A stretch of 64,000 nucleotides of DNA from Camelus dromedarius (taxonomy: Eukaryota). The stretch is taken from the NCBI RefSeq assembly GCF_036321535.1, contig NC_087437.1, positions 41,356,001-41,420,000 on the forward strand, written 5' to 3'. Every line of letters begins with the position of its first letter. Position 1 is the first letter of the stretch. Below the pieces are notes generated by a model. It saw only the letters and a program-made list of their open reading frames with translations, searched no databases and was not told where the DNA came from. A program made the position numbers and the translations under genes. Positions 1 through 13,974 of the stretch are shown here, one piece after another.

Positions 1-1477
1 ATGGGTTTCCCATTTTATGGTAGCAATAAAGGTTTCTTTTTGGAAAATTAGAATTTTGGATACTGGGCTGATTGCTTAATTCCATTTTAAAAGATTTATC
101 ATACTATTTTTCCGAATTAATGGGTCACACTGTTCAGAGAGCAAGAAAAACTTGTTGGTTGGGACAAAGCATTGCCTTTGACTAGCACATGAAATTATCC
201 TATATAACTCTTGCATTGTATGCACAGAGACAGATAATTGATAAACCTTCCCCACAAGAATAAGACATTCATATAAAAATGAGATCAGCGAGTCCAGTCC
301 GACCAGCTGGGATAATTTTACAAGGGTCAGACAGCCTTGGGGCATAAACTAATCACTCCAGGGTCTGAAGGAAGCTGCCTCCCATCTCCCAAGAGGCAGC
401 ACCACACAATCAGCTTGTTTGCCCTTGCTCAACACAAATTTGACGACATTTTCCCAAAACTGCTTATCTGGTGTCCTGTCAAAACAGGATGATGGAAAGT
501 CAGAATGATTTTCTGGCCCAGTATGTTTAACATTCCAATGATCCATTGTATTTCAGTCAAGTTTTGGATGTAGGGAAGGATATTTTCCCACTAGTATTTG
601 AAATGAATCCATTCTTGCATGCTTTAGTTCCCTAGCACATAACTCACTGTCGAATTCGAGCAGCCAGTCGCATCCAGGACCTTTGAAAAGTAGTGTCCTA
701 GGGCTTTTTTTCCCTCTTGTATGTGTTAGAGTTGTTAACTCAGACAGAAGGCACTTGCCTACTCTCCAAGCATGAAGACTTTATGTTGTTTTTAGTGGCC
801 AATGAAATTTTCCCCAGTGAACTGCAAGAAGGGCTGCCCGAAGAAAAAGACTCTATTTCTCACAACCTCTGTAGAATCACAAGACAAGTAAGACAGAGAG
901 TCCAGCACTACTGTTGAGGAAAGTCAACAATCAGTGAATCTCACTCAATTGCTTCATTCCCCTCTGCCAATATTAGCTATACCATCAGCCTTACCTAGTA
1001 TCTGCACAAAAATACTGTAGCTGGTAATAAACAGAACCAGGATTTGAACTCACGTCTGCTTAGGCCCAAATTCATATTCTTAACCCTTATATTAGAAAAG
1101 TGCCTGGAACAAAGCTGATAGTCAGTACATATTTTTGAATCTGAATCTAGATAAGGAACTGGTCTTTTCGACCTAGGATCCTTAAGTATTTTCTGGAGCT
1201 ACTTTACAGCTAATCTCAACTCCCAGAATGAAAGAGTACCTTAAAACCTGTGAAGAGATTAGATAATACTATATTCAAATATTCTTTTAGGTTGATTTTA
1301 TTCCTTGTTGAAATCCAACTGGGATGAGAAGAATTAACTATTATAATTAAATAAGCAAGGGGAAGTAAAAAATTTCCATATACAAAGTTTACAGTTCTGT
1401 TTCTTTAAAACAAAAATGTCTAAATAAACTCAATCCTTTAACTAGATCCCAGATAAGAGTGTACTATATATATATAA

Positions 1478-1745
1478 AGTAGCTAACATTTGTTTTTGAG
1501 TACTCATTTTATTTTAAAGTTCTTCTAATGCATTTCATGTATTATCTCATTTAATCCTTATGAGGTAGGTACTATTATTATTCCTATTTTTCAGCAGAGG
1601 AAACCAAGGTACAGAGAGGTTAATCAATTAACTCTAGGTCGAACAGCTAATGAGTGGCAGACCCAAGATTCTAGACCCAAGATTCTAGACCCACGGGATC
1701 TAATGCCAAAGGCTATGCTCCTAACCATCTTGCACTGCTGCTTCC
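1478..1745 (-). mobile_element. MIR SINE, near full length
   Basis: Reverse-complement MIR core: ctcatttaatccttatgaggtaggtactattattattcctatttt...gaggaaaccaaggtacagagaggttaa. Confidence 0.85.
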
Positions 1746-2575
1746 TGTAATAATAACTACCACGTCTTGAATACTTTACTAGGTCTCATATATGCTTTAT
1801 GTATATTATCTCATTTCCTATTCCCAACAACCATAGGAAGAGTATTTGTATGTACACCATGCATACGCAAGCAGATATAGAAGTGGGTGTGTGCGTGTGT
1901 GTGTGAATGATTCTAGCTTCTATCCCACACTGTAAAACGTGACAAATCTCTCAACTCTGGAAGGAAAGCCATCTTAGATACTCTGTGATTAATCATTTGA
2001 AGTACCCACACAAAAACTCCATTATGTATCACCTTCTTATATTGCCAGTACGTGATCTGATTGTATCTTCATTTTGAGAAAAACAGAATTCATTTACTTT
2101 CGTGCTCTTGTTATTTTTTTCATTTTAATACGAAATATAACAGCACCAGAGGAAGTTCTACAATATCTGAAAGGGCAGAGTTTTAGGGCTATCACTAAAT
2201 GTATACAAATTGCAAGGAAAATCGCCAAGGCAGAGGAGCAGCCCAAAGTCTCAAATCTGTATGCACTCTGCAACTGAGGATCGATACATCTCCATCACCC
2301 TGGTTATTGCCAGAGCTAAGATCTGCTGTGTCCCCTTCACTGATCCAAGTGTGTGGCTTCTCTCTGTGGATGTGACAAGTCAACCAGCAGTGGGCATCCA
2401 GGCCTTGCCTGCACCTTCTCACTTCCCAGAGGAGCAGTTCCACACACAGGCTACATGCCCATGCAGGCACCCAGCCCATCCTGGATCTGGATGTATGCCT
2501 TCCCTTTATCTAGAAAAGGTGTTTTACCTAATCAAATGACCTCTAGTTTTCAGGACCAATGCAGTGGCCTAATTT

Positions 2576-2740
2576 CGGGCTTCCCAAATTTAAATGTGCA
2601 TGAAAATCATCTGAGGGATCTTGTTAAAAAGCAGATTCTGATTCAGTATGTCTGGGAAGGCCTGGGAGTCTGCATTTCCAGCAATCTCCCAGGTGGTGGT
2701 GACCAAGCTGCTGGATAGCAAACTGCATCTGGAACAGCAA
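2576..2740. mobile_element. MER5B-like hAT-Charlie MITE
   Basis: gggatcttgttaaaaagcagattctgattcagtatgtctggga...ctgcatttccagcaatctcccagg matches the MER5 internal motif. Confidence 0.8.
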
Positions 2741-4140
2741 TTAATAGACAAATATAAAAAAAATTTAAAAAATAAAAATTTGTTTGAATTTTTGGAAGGT
2801 CCACCCTGGGTTCAAATCTATAGTGATTTATAAATTCCCATTATCTTCATGTGGCATTAAAAACTCTAGACAATACTTAGAAATATTCCCCTTTTAAGCT
2901 TTCAGACTCCACAAGGTTATCTCACTCCAGACAGGGAGGAAGACCATTATCCCACACGTGAAGTTAAAGGCATCCCGCCTGTCACTGAGCCATGTGTTCT
3001 CCAGTGTCCAATGATCCAAAGAGTTAGCAATGAATGATCTCAAATTCTCCAAAATGGCGAATCCTTGACATAGATGTGTTTAATGCTCAGTTAGCTTCTC
3101 TAGAGTGTTGGTACCACTGTGTAAATAAAGAGCTATTTTACTCTATAGTGAAATGAACCAAGTACATGCAGTACAAATTCCTTGGAGGAAATGCTTTAAT
3201 ATCGAAGAACAACTTGTGATTAGCATATCAATAGGAATAAATAAACAGCAGTTTTATGGTACCTGAGGGTACTTAAGGACAGAGGTTTTTCAACAAACTT
3301 CTTAAACTTCTGTTTATGCTCTTAAACAATTTGGTAAATTCTTTCTTCTAAGACACTTTAAAAGGTTAAATTCAGTCCAAATCTCCTCTCTGAAAATGAC
3401 TGTGGTTTTAATGTATTTAGAAATGCAGAAGTGGTGTCACAGTTACTTGATTGATTCAAGCCAAAGAAACTTCTAGACCGGTAATATATTTTGGATGGGT
3501 TTCTACCATTAAGTTAACCTACCCTCTTAAGTGGGATATTTTAAAGAACACTTATTTCCACATATCAGCAGAATTTCTAGGTCACTCGTAAGCAGCAGGG
3601 TAACTCTCTTTAACCTTTTAAAAATGATCAAAGAGGAGAAATAAAGTTTGTAAACAAGGCTGAAGGAAAAATGGCTTGCCAGTGTTACCCCCCCACTTTA
3701 AAAGGGACCCTAAGAACTAGGAACAGTAGTTCTCAGTTAAACCAAAAATTTTTAAATTAAAGGTTGGATCACTGAATGCTTGAGTGGCACACTCAGCCTC
3801 ACTATGCTTTCATTCTTCCAGTGAATTACATCTGCTCAAGTCTTTGATGTCAAAAAGTTGTAGGTGCGTTCAACTTCCAGCGGTCAGAGTGGCCTAGAGC
3901 ACATCAAACCTTCTAAGGTCGGACTCTTCATCTGAAGAGCAGGGATGATAAGTGGTAAGTGTCTACCTCATGACACTGTGGAACCGAGCCTTCCCTATAA
4001 TAGGCATAAGTACTACATATATGTACACACTGCACGTATATGTTTACTTACCAGTACTGCTTCTGTTGTCAACAGAACAAAACCCATCTTCAAGCTTTAA
4101 AGGGACACACAAACCACAATAAAAGTCAAGAACTTCTACT

Positions 4141-4930
4141 TAAAACCACAGTGAGATACCACCTCACACCTGTCAGAATAGCTATCGTCAAAAAGACAGT
4201 AAGTGATGGTGAGCTCATGTACTGTTGGTGGGATTGCAAATTGGTACAGCCATTATGAAAAACAGATAGAGGTTCCTCAAAAAATTAAAAACAGGACTGC
4301 CATATGATCCACCAATTTCACTTCTGGGTATTTACTCAAAGAAAACAGAAACACTAATTCAAAAAGATATATGCACCCCAATGCTCACTGCAGCATTATT
4401 TACAATAGCCAAGATATGGAAGCAACCTAAGTGCCTACTGATAGATAAAAATATGGGGGGGGGGGTATATACAGTTCAACACAAGCCATAAAGAAGAATG
4501 AAATCTTGCCATTTGCAACAACATGGATGGACCTAAAGGGTATTATGTTAAGTGAAATAACTCAGAGAAAGACAGATACCACAGGATCTCACTTATATGT
4601 GGAATCTTAAAGAGAAAAAACAAAAACAGACTCATAGATACAAAGAAGAAATGGGTGGCTGCCAGAGGGGAAAGGAGAAGAGGGATAGGTGAAGGGGATT
4701 AAGAGATCCAAATCTCCACCTATATAATAAATAAGTCACAGGGATACAGCAAAAGGAATTTGGTCAATAATACTGTAATAACTTTCTATGGGGATAGATG
4801 GCTACTAGGCTTATGGTGGCGATCATTTCATAATGTATGCAAATGTCAAAGCATTATATAGTACACCTGAAACTAACATAACTAACGTAACTTTATACAT
4901 TGACTATATTTCAATTAAAAAAAAAAAAAA
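4141..4930 (+). mobile_element. 5'-truncated LINE-1: ORF2 C-terminal remnant, 3' UTR and poly(A)
   Basis: aaaaccacagtgagataccacctcacacctgtcagaatagctat translates to KTTVRYHLTPVRIA (L1 ORF2 end). It also contains gcagcattatttacaatagccaagatatggaagcaacctaagtg and ends in an A14 tail. Confidence 0.95.
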
Positions 4931-7900
4931 CTGCCACATAAAGCATGTATTACATCTATGAGACTCCTGACCACAAGAGAGCACCCAGGCTAAAAAATAA
5001 AAAGAAATTTTTTTTTTAGCAAACTACCAAGAGTTCTGAATGCATCTCTAAGGTTCAAGTCTAGAAAGATGGTAACATTCTCCCTCGATGTGACCTTCCA
5101 TGGCGCACAGGCTGCAGGGCTCTGCCTTGCCTATAAGTCAGTTCCTAGGCTTTGGGCATTTCATCAAAATGTTCCAGCCCTTCATCTGAGCAAAGCTGAT
5201 AATTTTTATTTCTTGCAACTTTTATTCTGGAAAAAACTTTAATAAATATCTACCACCCTCCAAATTCCCCCAAAAGTGAATGCTAGTATAAAGTGCCATT
5301 ATTCTAACAAAATCAGCTTTTCAGGTCACATTTATATCTTAGGATGACACTGTACCACCAGGAAAAAAGCTGTCCTCAACTGCTACCCCTTCGTAGGGAG
5401 AAATCCAGTTCCAGTAAAGCACTGAACTCAGTCAACACCAACACCAAACAGATACATATACCTTTGTGTATCTACTCTTTTTTCTAACTAATATTCAAAA
5501 CTAGGCACTTTGCTTCTATTTTAACCCAAAACACAAACTGTGAAAGGGGATTTCTCCCCCATATTTACCCTGGAATAGACACCAGCCACAGAGAAGTTAG
5601 TTAAACCTCATGTGTCCACAAACTCATAGCCCCCAGGCTGGTCAGCTCCCTGAGCTGTGGTCCTCAAGTAATCTGGAAAGAAAAGCTCTCGGCTTTAACC
5701 AGGGCCTTCCTGAGAGGCAAGATTCTGAGTAAGTCATTGAAATCCCTGGACGTCCATGTTCTCAATCAGCAAATGGCTATCATAATCCCAACTCATTTCC
5801 AGATTCTATTGTTAGAATTACAACATGAGGACCACAGACTTGGAAAAGCAAAGATGCTCCCTAGAGACCAATGCACAGAATAAGGAGTCCCTTCAACACA
5901 GATAAAGCAGACGGGAGAATGCTGGGGGTGATGGAAGTGCTGAGTGGAGTGTGACAGGAAACACTCTCAGTACCTGTCTTGTTTTTACACATTCACAAAT
6001 GCATGCATTTGAACAAGAACAAACACCATGATGTATTTAGGCCAAACTTCAAAGACCACACTTGACCGTGGTATTACTCATCAGCTGAACCAGGTATTCA
6101 TAAATCTCCTCTGCTTCTGGACTGGAAAACAATGTTCAAACAAAGAGCTTTTTGTTTTGGATGTTGCTATTTTGTTTGGGGTTTTGTTGGCAGACACGTT
6201 GTTTTTTATTCCCCCTAGTTTGTGTTTTTCCTATCCCTTACCAACACTCCAACCCTGGTTTCTTGGCCACACCTTAAATTCAGAACATATTTACTCAGAT
6301 GATTAACTGTAGTCATTAGTCTTGTTCAAGCAAGTCTTGTCCTGAACAATAGATAAGCTGGAGACCCAAGGAAGGGGGCAGCCAGGGGTCCTCTTAGTCA
6401 TCTGCTCATCCTACCCTAGCCCCATCCTGCTGCAGACCATCAAGTCTGGGTGCCAAGCACCTCCTTTCAGCACTCACAGCCGGGCATATTCACATGGGAG
6501 AGAAGCGGTGCTGGGGACTAGCTTCCCTGATAGGTTTCTTCAGGGAATGAAAGGTTTTGAAAGTTCTGAAGTATCTCTCAACGTGCATAAGTGGGTACAA
6601 AAACGGTAGAACAAAATGTACTAAACACTGAAGTAACAAAACATTCCTCTTCTAATGAAATCCCCAGAAAGGTTAGCTGGGGGAAATCAGATTCTGCCTA
6701 ATTTGAAACTCCTTTTAAGAGAATATACCGTCAACTCTGCTTCCATCCAAAGAAAAAGACACACCGCCCTGTGTTTTCAATGACTCTCACTCTCTTGACA
6801 TATAAAGAGAAAGATGAGGTAAATGCAGGTCCAACTTGTCACTGAAGCATCTGATAATAGCCTTTAGAGGCACTGCTGGTGTTCTTGGGCCGGGGATGGG
6901 GTGCTACATACCCAAAATCTGTAGGGAAAAAAAGTGAATAGTGTGGTCCTCAGTGGAAACAGAAATAAAGAGTCTCTACACAGGGAGTCCAACTTGCATT
7001 CATGATGAATTATCCAGCTGATAGGTTGTATCTTGGTACTGTAGCCAGATCACTCTCAATTACATTACCTAGAAATTCTTTCATTCCATCTTCTGTTTTA
7101 TTGTCTCTCCCCATCCTCAACCCCAAACACACAATCCTAGGCCCCCACTAAGAGGGGGAAATAGAAAAGCAAAGAGTAAGTGATTTGCCACAGTTCCACA
7201 CCAGGTTCCAGCTAACTGGCTTTCCCTCTGCTCAGAATAGAGAAAAGTACAGATTATGCACCTGGCAAATATTTGCATGGTCTCCAGAGCAGGAAGATTC
7301 ATCCATTTGCTCACAAAAGTACACAACTGCAGCTGAGAGAATAAATCAATTCAATTCAACAAACATTTATCAAGCTCCAGTCTGATTGCAGAGTCTTTGG
7401 GGGACAAAAAAAAAAAAAAAAATCATGCACCTGGCTATTGGAGCTGATTTTTGAAGAAATCTAGAAATATGCTATTCCCACCCCCTCCCACCAAAAACAA
7501 ATCAAGAGAAAAGAAGCAACCAGCTCCCTCAGATGATCAGCACAGCAGCATCTCACGTGGTAAAATGCAACAAGCCCAGGGCATGCCACTTCCTTCCTGT
7601 AGTTGGAAAAGAACTCCCGTCTTATCTTTCTGGGCAATTAGCAATTTTGTGGGTTGTATAAAAAACACAGTGTCACCCCTTACTAAGAAATCAGTGGTTA
7701 ACTACTCAGCCATCAAGCACCCTTCAGTGTTTTGGATATAAAGAGTAGACCAACTATATACTGAAGCAAGTTACGCAACCCTGCTTTATGTTACCCATTC
7801 AGACTTATCAGGGATCTCCTTGAATTCCAAACATGCAGTGCCAGGGCAGGGCAAAACCAACCCCTGCCAAGCTTTTAGGGGGTCTTCCCCTCTCCCAGAT

Positions 7901-7944
7901 TTCCTCCTGGGAAACTTGTGTGTGGAGCTGAGAGAATTTAGGCT

Positions 7945-8110
7945 ACTGACCACGAGTCAGGCTCTAGCCCCTACCTGGTGACCTCGGGAAAGTCATTTAT
8001 AAACTGAGACCTCAACTTCTTTAACTTTAAAACACAGATGATCATACCTTTCCGTTTCACTTGTGGGGATATTGTGAAGATCGAATGAAATAATGAAGAT
8101 AGAGGTCTTA
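7945..8110 (+). mobile_element. MIR SINE, degenerate
   Basis: tgacctcgggaaagtcattt...gacctcaacttc...gatattgtgaagatcgaatgaaataatg. Confidence 0.6.
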
Positions 8111-9484
8111 TAAAAACTATTATAACCGTCAATATCGATGTTTAAGTCCAGAGTCCCAGAGACATGGTAGAAGGAAAACCCATCTCCGTTCCCAGAAATG
8201 TGTAACAGGGTCCTTACAAGTTTAAATGGGCTATAGCTCCTTGGGTTTAGCCACTGGGAGACTTTTAGAATCATGTCTAGGAAACTCGTTTTAGAAAAAA
8301 AGGAAAACATATTTTACTTATCCTATTTTTTTTCTGTTATATTGCATGGTAAGTGGACACTGTTTTTATTTAGCGCATTATTTAGCTGCTGTGGGTTATT
8401 ATTAAATACCATACTTAGTGTCAGTCTCCCTGATTAATATGCTTAAACAGTTGAGATTAAACAAATGTGACACATATTCCACTGAGAGAGGGCATTCCAA
8501 ACTCAGCAAAACATAAAAGTGGTGTATTATTTTTCGTAATTGCTATTTTAAACAATCTACTCTGTATTGGCACTAGAGAAAAAGTAAGGTAATGTTCCGG
8601 AACTCAGGGAGCTCAGAGCTTAGAGTGGAAACAGCCAGGCGGAACATTACAAAGCAGTGATGTCAGCGCTGTGAGGCGAGGTCAGCGTGTCCCAGGGTGT
8701 GGGGAAGAGGGGCTGCTGCCTGGGCCAAGTGTTAAGGATGCGGGGTGGCCAGCGCGAAGAAAGTGATGGGGAGCACAAGGACCCAGCTCTGTGAGAGCAC
8801 GGAACACTGGGTGAGGCAGGGTCAGCCACAGACAAGGCTGGAGGGAGGCCAAGGCCACATCACGAGGAATCCGGGCCTGGGGACCAAGTGTGGGGCTGCT
8901 CTGTGGATGGATGTGGGGGGTGAGGGAGTTCAGGGGAGCAGTGCACTGCCTCAGGGAGACCCCACCACCCTCCCTCCAGAACATTCTGCTTTGGTATGAA
9001 ATAATGGAGTTCCTTATGGGGAAAAAAAACCCAAAACATTTACTTACTAAAAAAGAAAACAGTTGATACATTTAAAGGTAGAGTCTCATTTATAAAATTG
9101 TACTAAAAATAATCACAGCCCAGAACATTTAATAGAGAAAACATTAACCACACTCTTTTAGGATTCAAACAAAATTGCATGCACATTTTTTTACTGACAT
9201 CTACCTCTACCTGAAGAGGACTGTTTTATTTAGATATAAACAGGGTAGAAAAAAAAAATCAAGGGTTTCAGTGGGTTTAAGCTTCTTAGAACAAGATACA
9301 GCCCTCCAGGTGCAGGGAGGTCAGCCACCTGGAGGTACAGCGGGCCGCTGAGTCACCCCGAGGAAGACCGACACTTGGACACACAGACCCTTCTGGGCTA
9401 GCTGGAGACCCGGTATTACAAGAAACTATCCAGGAAAAAAATCATATCAACAACTAACTTTACTGGGAATATTTTTTATTGAAA

Positions 9485-9659
9485 GACCAGGGGCTGGGTG
9501 GGGAGGAGAGGGAGTGAGAATACGGAGTGATTGTTTAATGAGTACAGAGTTTCAGTTTGGGATGATAGAACAGTTCTGGATTTGATGGCTGCACGTCAAT
9601 GTGAATGGACTGAATGCTGCTGCATAGTATTTTATGGTATGCATAATTTACCACAATTA
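9485..9659 (+). mobile_element. Old L1 (L1MB-like) 3' UTR fragment
   Basis: gagtgattgtttaatgagtacagagtttcagtttgggatgatagaacagttctgga...ttttatggtatgcataatttaccacaatt. Confidence 0.8.
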
Positions 9660-10895
9660 GAGAGAGGGGGAGGGCAGGGAAGAGACAGAGACAAATCTAA
9701 AAAGCAGTAAGACTCCTTGTAAATTCAGCTAGGAGCCTCATGCTGCATTTTGAATGTGATGCACAGGCCAAAATTTAATTTCTCAAGAAATACTCTAAAG
9801 AAAAGCATCGTCTGGAACTTGCTAGTGGCCTGCCAGAGACGGTGTGTCCTGGCAGGCTCTATTATGTAATCACGGGCAAGTTTTCTAAAACAGTAGAGCA
9901 CCTTCCCCCAAAGGACACTGAGCTCTTCACATAATTTAGTTCCGAACTCTTCCCTGCAGTCTAGAAAGATCATCTTGTTATTATCATTACTATTATGGTT
10001 GCTCTTTTGTGTTTATTAAGAGTTCTCAGTGAGCCAGCTGCTACCCTGTCTTCCTTTGTCGGAGATGGGAACAAAAAAGACTGCAGTTCTGTGCATTGCC
10101 TTGGAAAGGAAGCAACAGGCCCCAAATCAGAAGCAATGCCCAAGGCCACAGCACTGGGCAGCAGAGGTGGTACTTGGCCCCATTTGGAGGCCTGGGCAAG
10201 GCTTCGTTCCCCCATTCTGGATCCTCACTACTAAGCAGGGCTCCTCCTTAGCAGAGAGTGCATATTTGCTTGTCACACAGCAGAGATTTATTTTTGCACA
10301 TGCAAAATATCCAAGTGAACTTAATAAAATTGTATTTGAAGTTAAACCACAGAGATAAGAAATTCAATCTAGGGCCATAATTAATTGGTGATTCTTTTTA
10401 AGAGCGTCTCAAATGTTTCCCATGCACAAAATAGTTGAAACTGTGCATGGCCCTAAATTCTGTGCCTGTAATCCTCTTGGGGTTTCATTTCACAGGTTAC
10501 TAGTAACCCCCAAATAATGGTAATTACACCATAACTATTGATCATTTAATTACTTGAGACTGCCTTATAATCACCAAGTCATTAGGGATGTTATAAGGTC
10601 TAAAACCTACAAGCCATCAGGGTGCTGTGCATCAAGTTATTTGGAAATTTACTGATACGAGATGGAAGGGAAGAATTCTGAGCTAAAGCTGTCTAAACAC
10701 TTGTAATGAAAGGTGGGTGTACAGGTGTCAAGCTGATAAGAGGTGTTTATTATAAAGGCTGATGCTGAATAAATGAATAAATGAATAAATGAGGTAAAGA
10801 AAACTCCAGGATAGAGATAAGAGTGGTAGAGACTTCACAAGGACAAAGACACTGAAAGAGCCTTTATGTCACCTGAAAGGCAAAATACCTTAGCC

Positions 10896-11073
10896 CAGTG
10901 GATCTCAATTCTGGCTTCACATTAAAAGCCATCTGGGAAGTTCTGGAAGCCAGCTTTCCCAGCTGTACACCCAGACCCACTAAAACCAAATCTCCACAGA
11001 AGGGCCCAGATATGTTTAGTTTTTCAAAGCTCTCCCGATGATTTCCATAAACAGTGAGGGCTGAGAACCGCTA
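10896..11073. mobile_element. MER5A1-like hAT-Charlie MITE
   Basis: Termini cagtggatctcaa...ctgagaaccgcta; internal cccagacccactaaaaccaaatctc...tttttcaaagctctccc. Confidence 0.7.
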
Positions 11074-11319
11074 GTAGCAATAAGAAATCCTACAAAGTTC
11101 GCTGTGGCAAGTCTTGGTAGCAATTCTGGAGGTCTCGCCACCCAGCAGAGAAAGCCACCTTCTTTTGCACGTGGCACATGGGCGCTCACAAAGGTCTTCC
11201 CTCTGTGCTTACACCGCAGCCATCTAATGCCTGACACCCTATGGGTCACAGCATGAGGTGGCATGGTCTTGAGCCAAATTAGATGCAAAGAACACTCAGC
11301 TATGGTACCAGGATGTAAG

Positions 11320-11570
11320 CCATCCAGATTTTCTGTGTTCTATGGAATTGTTCCAAGAGGCATTAATAGGGGTCACTTGGGTGGGGAGAGGTAAGGGGAG
11401 ATTCCACAGTTAAATAAATTGGGAAAATACTGAGTAAAACAAAGTAATATAAAAGCTAATGTTCAAGAGAAAGGGATGGTTAGGAGCACTTTGCAACTTT
11501 TTTAGTCTCCCTACTCTTTTTTCACAGCACTGATCTTGGAGTTCCACTGAATACACTTTGGGAAATGTGA
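11320..11570. mobile_element. Old hAT-Charlie-type element, family uncertain
   Basis: gtgttctatggaa...gttaaataaattgggaaaatactg...cactttgggaaatg resembles Charlie-derived MER termini. Confidence 0.45.
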
Positions 11571-11869
11571 CCAACTAGCTAATAAATGTCAATGAAGCAA
11601 AGATCAGGCAAAGGCAAAGCCAGAGAGACCTCCACTCAATCCAGTGACCCTGTTTGCCTGAAGATCACAAAACTGAAGGGGTGCAAGAATCAATCTGTAG
11701 CTGGAGTCAGGCCACCCAGAGGGGAATCTCAGGGACTTGATAATGGGCATAGGGGTGAAGAAGAGAAAGGGCAACATAGAAACATAACTTCCCTAGTCCC
11801 CGGTCTCCAGGACTCTGCCACCTCCCTAGGGCACACAGTAGTTTAAATTTAACAAAATACTTCTGCAGT

Positions 11870-12065
11870 CCTGGATTCATTTCAACCTCACAGGAACCTG
11901 ATGGGGTACACCAGGAAAGGTGTTTTTACTCTCACTTTACAGATGAGAAAAGCTGAAGCTCTAAATGGTGCTACGGCAAACTCAAAGCTACAGCAGGTGA
12001 GAGGTAGAACCAAACCCATAAAGACAGGTCCTCGACTCCTAAGTGAGGCTCTTACCTCCCCACTC
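11870..12065 (-). mobile_element. MIR SINE
   Basis: ctcactttacagatgagaaaagctgaagctc core. Confidence 0.7.
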
Positions 12066-12544
12066 ACCATACAAATCTCACCATCAGGGCTCTCTCCTTA
12101 CATCCTGTACTACCTTAAGAGGAAATAATGTTGATTCTTCCCCCAAATTTGTAAAATAGATAGTATTTTAAAAATCACTCTCACTTCACTAAAGTCTAAG
12201 AGTGCTACACCCAATTCTTCTTATTTTCTTTAATAATGTATCTCATTTTTACAAATTATTGAGAAACTGGCTTTTCTTAAATATTAAAGACCAACTACAG
12301 TATCTAAATGGAAATTGTATCATCAAATGCCATATGAAAATTGGATTTAATATAAATAATGCAATTCTGAGCACACATAAATTCCAAGAAATCAAAGATA
12401 GAAATTGATGTAGAAAGATGTGTGTTTCTGACTTCATCTTCTATGAATGCTTCTCTCACATCATAAACTCTTCTGCAAACCCAAGACCATGGAAGGAACT
12501 GGTAAGTCAGGCTCCCCTTGGAGCGTGTGTTTAGGAAGAAGAAA

Positions 12545-12760
12545 AGGTTGCTGAGTGCCTACTATGTGTCAGGCACTGGGCTGAGGGCTTCCACACACAT
12601 TACACTTTAGTTTCCATAACAACCCTACACTGTACTATTACTAACAAGATGAGGAAATCTAGGCTCAGAAAGTAAGTTGGCCATGCTCACACAACTAGAA
12701 AGAGGCAGCACCAGACTGGGAAGCCAGCTCAGTCCTGCTGCAAAGTCCTTTTCATTGCAC
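12545..12760 (-). mobile_element. MIR SINE
   Basis: ctgagtgcctactatgtgtcaggcactgggct...aagatgaggaaatctaggctcaga. Confidence 0.8.
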
Positions 12761-12949
12761 TCCTTCCCACTTATGAAGATGTTAAATTATACCCTAAGAT
12801 GTGCAGATGCCAAGGCCCCTAAACTTTTCCCAAATATTCTGCCCACAGTCCATTCAGGTCCCCATTCTGTCTGGGCATATTCGACACTCCCACGGTCTCT
12901 GTTTGCACATTAGTTTTAAGAGTTTTGCTATTTTGTCTTCTCCTCAGAG

Positions 12950-13164
12950 AAGTGGTTCTCAACTGGGGACAATTTTGCCCCCCAGGGGACATCTGGCAAT
13001 GTCTGGAGACATTTCCAATGGTCAGGACTTTGGAGTGCTACTGGCTTCTCAAGAGTAGAGGCCAAGGATGCTGCTAAACATCCTACAAGGCACAGGGCAG
13101 TCTTCCAGAGCAACAAAGAGCTCTCCGACTCCAATGGCAACAGTGCCAAGGCTGAGAAATTCTG
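12950..13164 (+). mobile_element. MER20 (hAT-Charlie), full length
   Basis: agtggttctcaactggggacaattttgccccccaggggacatctggcaatgtctggagacattt...gtagaggccaaggatgctgctaaacatcctaca...gtgccaaggctgagaaattctg. Confidence 0.9.
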
Positions 13165-13974
13165 CCTTGAAGTGATACTGTTTAATAATCATAATAATGT
13201 GCGTGAGCTTCCTCCCCTATACAATCATGAGGAGTAACTCAGACAACATATATGAAAAGCCTCAGCACACAGTAAGCACTGGAGTCCTAACTAGTTAATC
13301 TAATTGCACACTTCTTAGTAGGAATCCCCTCGGCTGCTCTGCGTTCTTCCCACACAAAGCACAGGGCTTTTTTCATTGGCACTCAACAGAGTGTATTCTT
13401 TCTATTGGAAATTCCTGTTTAAAAAAAATGCCACTATTATCTAAGAAACTCAACATTCTCCCATATTCACTCCTTACCAAACAAGAAGTGAATAGGATAA
13501 TTCACTATTCACTAGAACAGACTATGAAAAGCTGCACTGCATGTCACAGAATCACCTTCATATCAAGACTACTAATAAGCTTACTATTAAAATGCCTTGA
13601 CTTACTTACACAGGTTTATTAAGAGATCCCAATAAAGGAAATATCATGCAACAGGCTCAGATTTCCTCGCTCCATACCAGGTCAGTTTTGACCAATATGG
13701 ATTCTCAGGTCTCGAGTTGAATTACTTAGAAACAACCTGAAACTGTGATCACAAGTATGTCAAGTAAAAAGAGCAAAAGTCAAATCTTGGAAGGAGTATG
13801 TCAAAACTGGCTGGCATCACATATAAAGACCCTGAGCTGAGAACAAGGTTCTCATGAAATTACATAGGAATTAAACCAGAAATCAAACAATATATACAAC
13901 ATGTTTCATGACATAGAAAGTTATTTAGAAGTATTAAATATTATTTTCATTAATACATTAGAATAGTTTCAGGA

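Noticed and set aside
4040..4258. ORF containing KTTVRYHLTPVRIAIVKK
   Set aside because: Decayed L1 ORF2 remnant, not a host gene.
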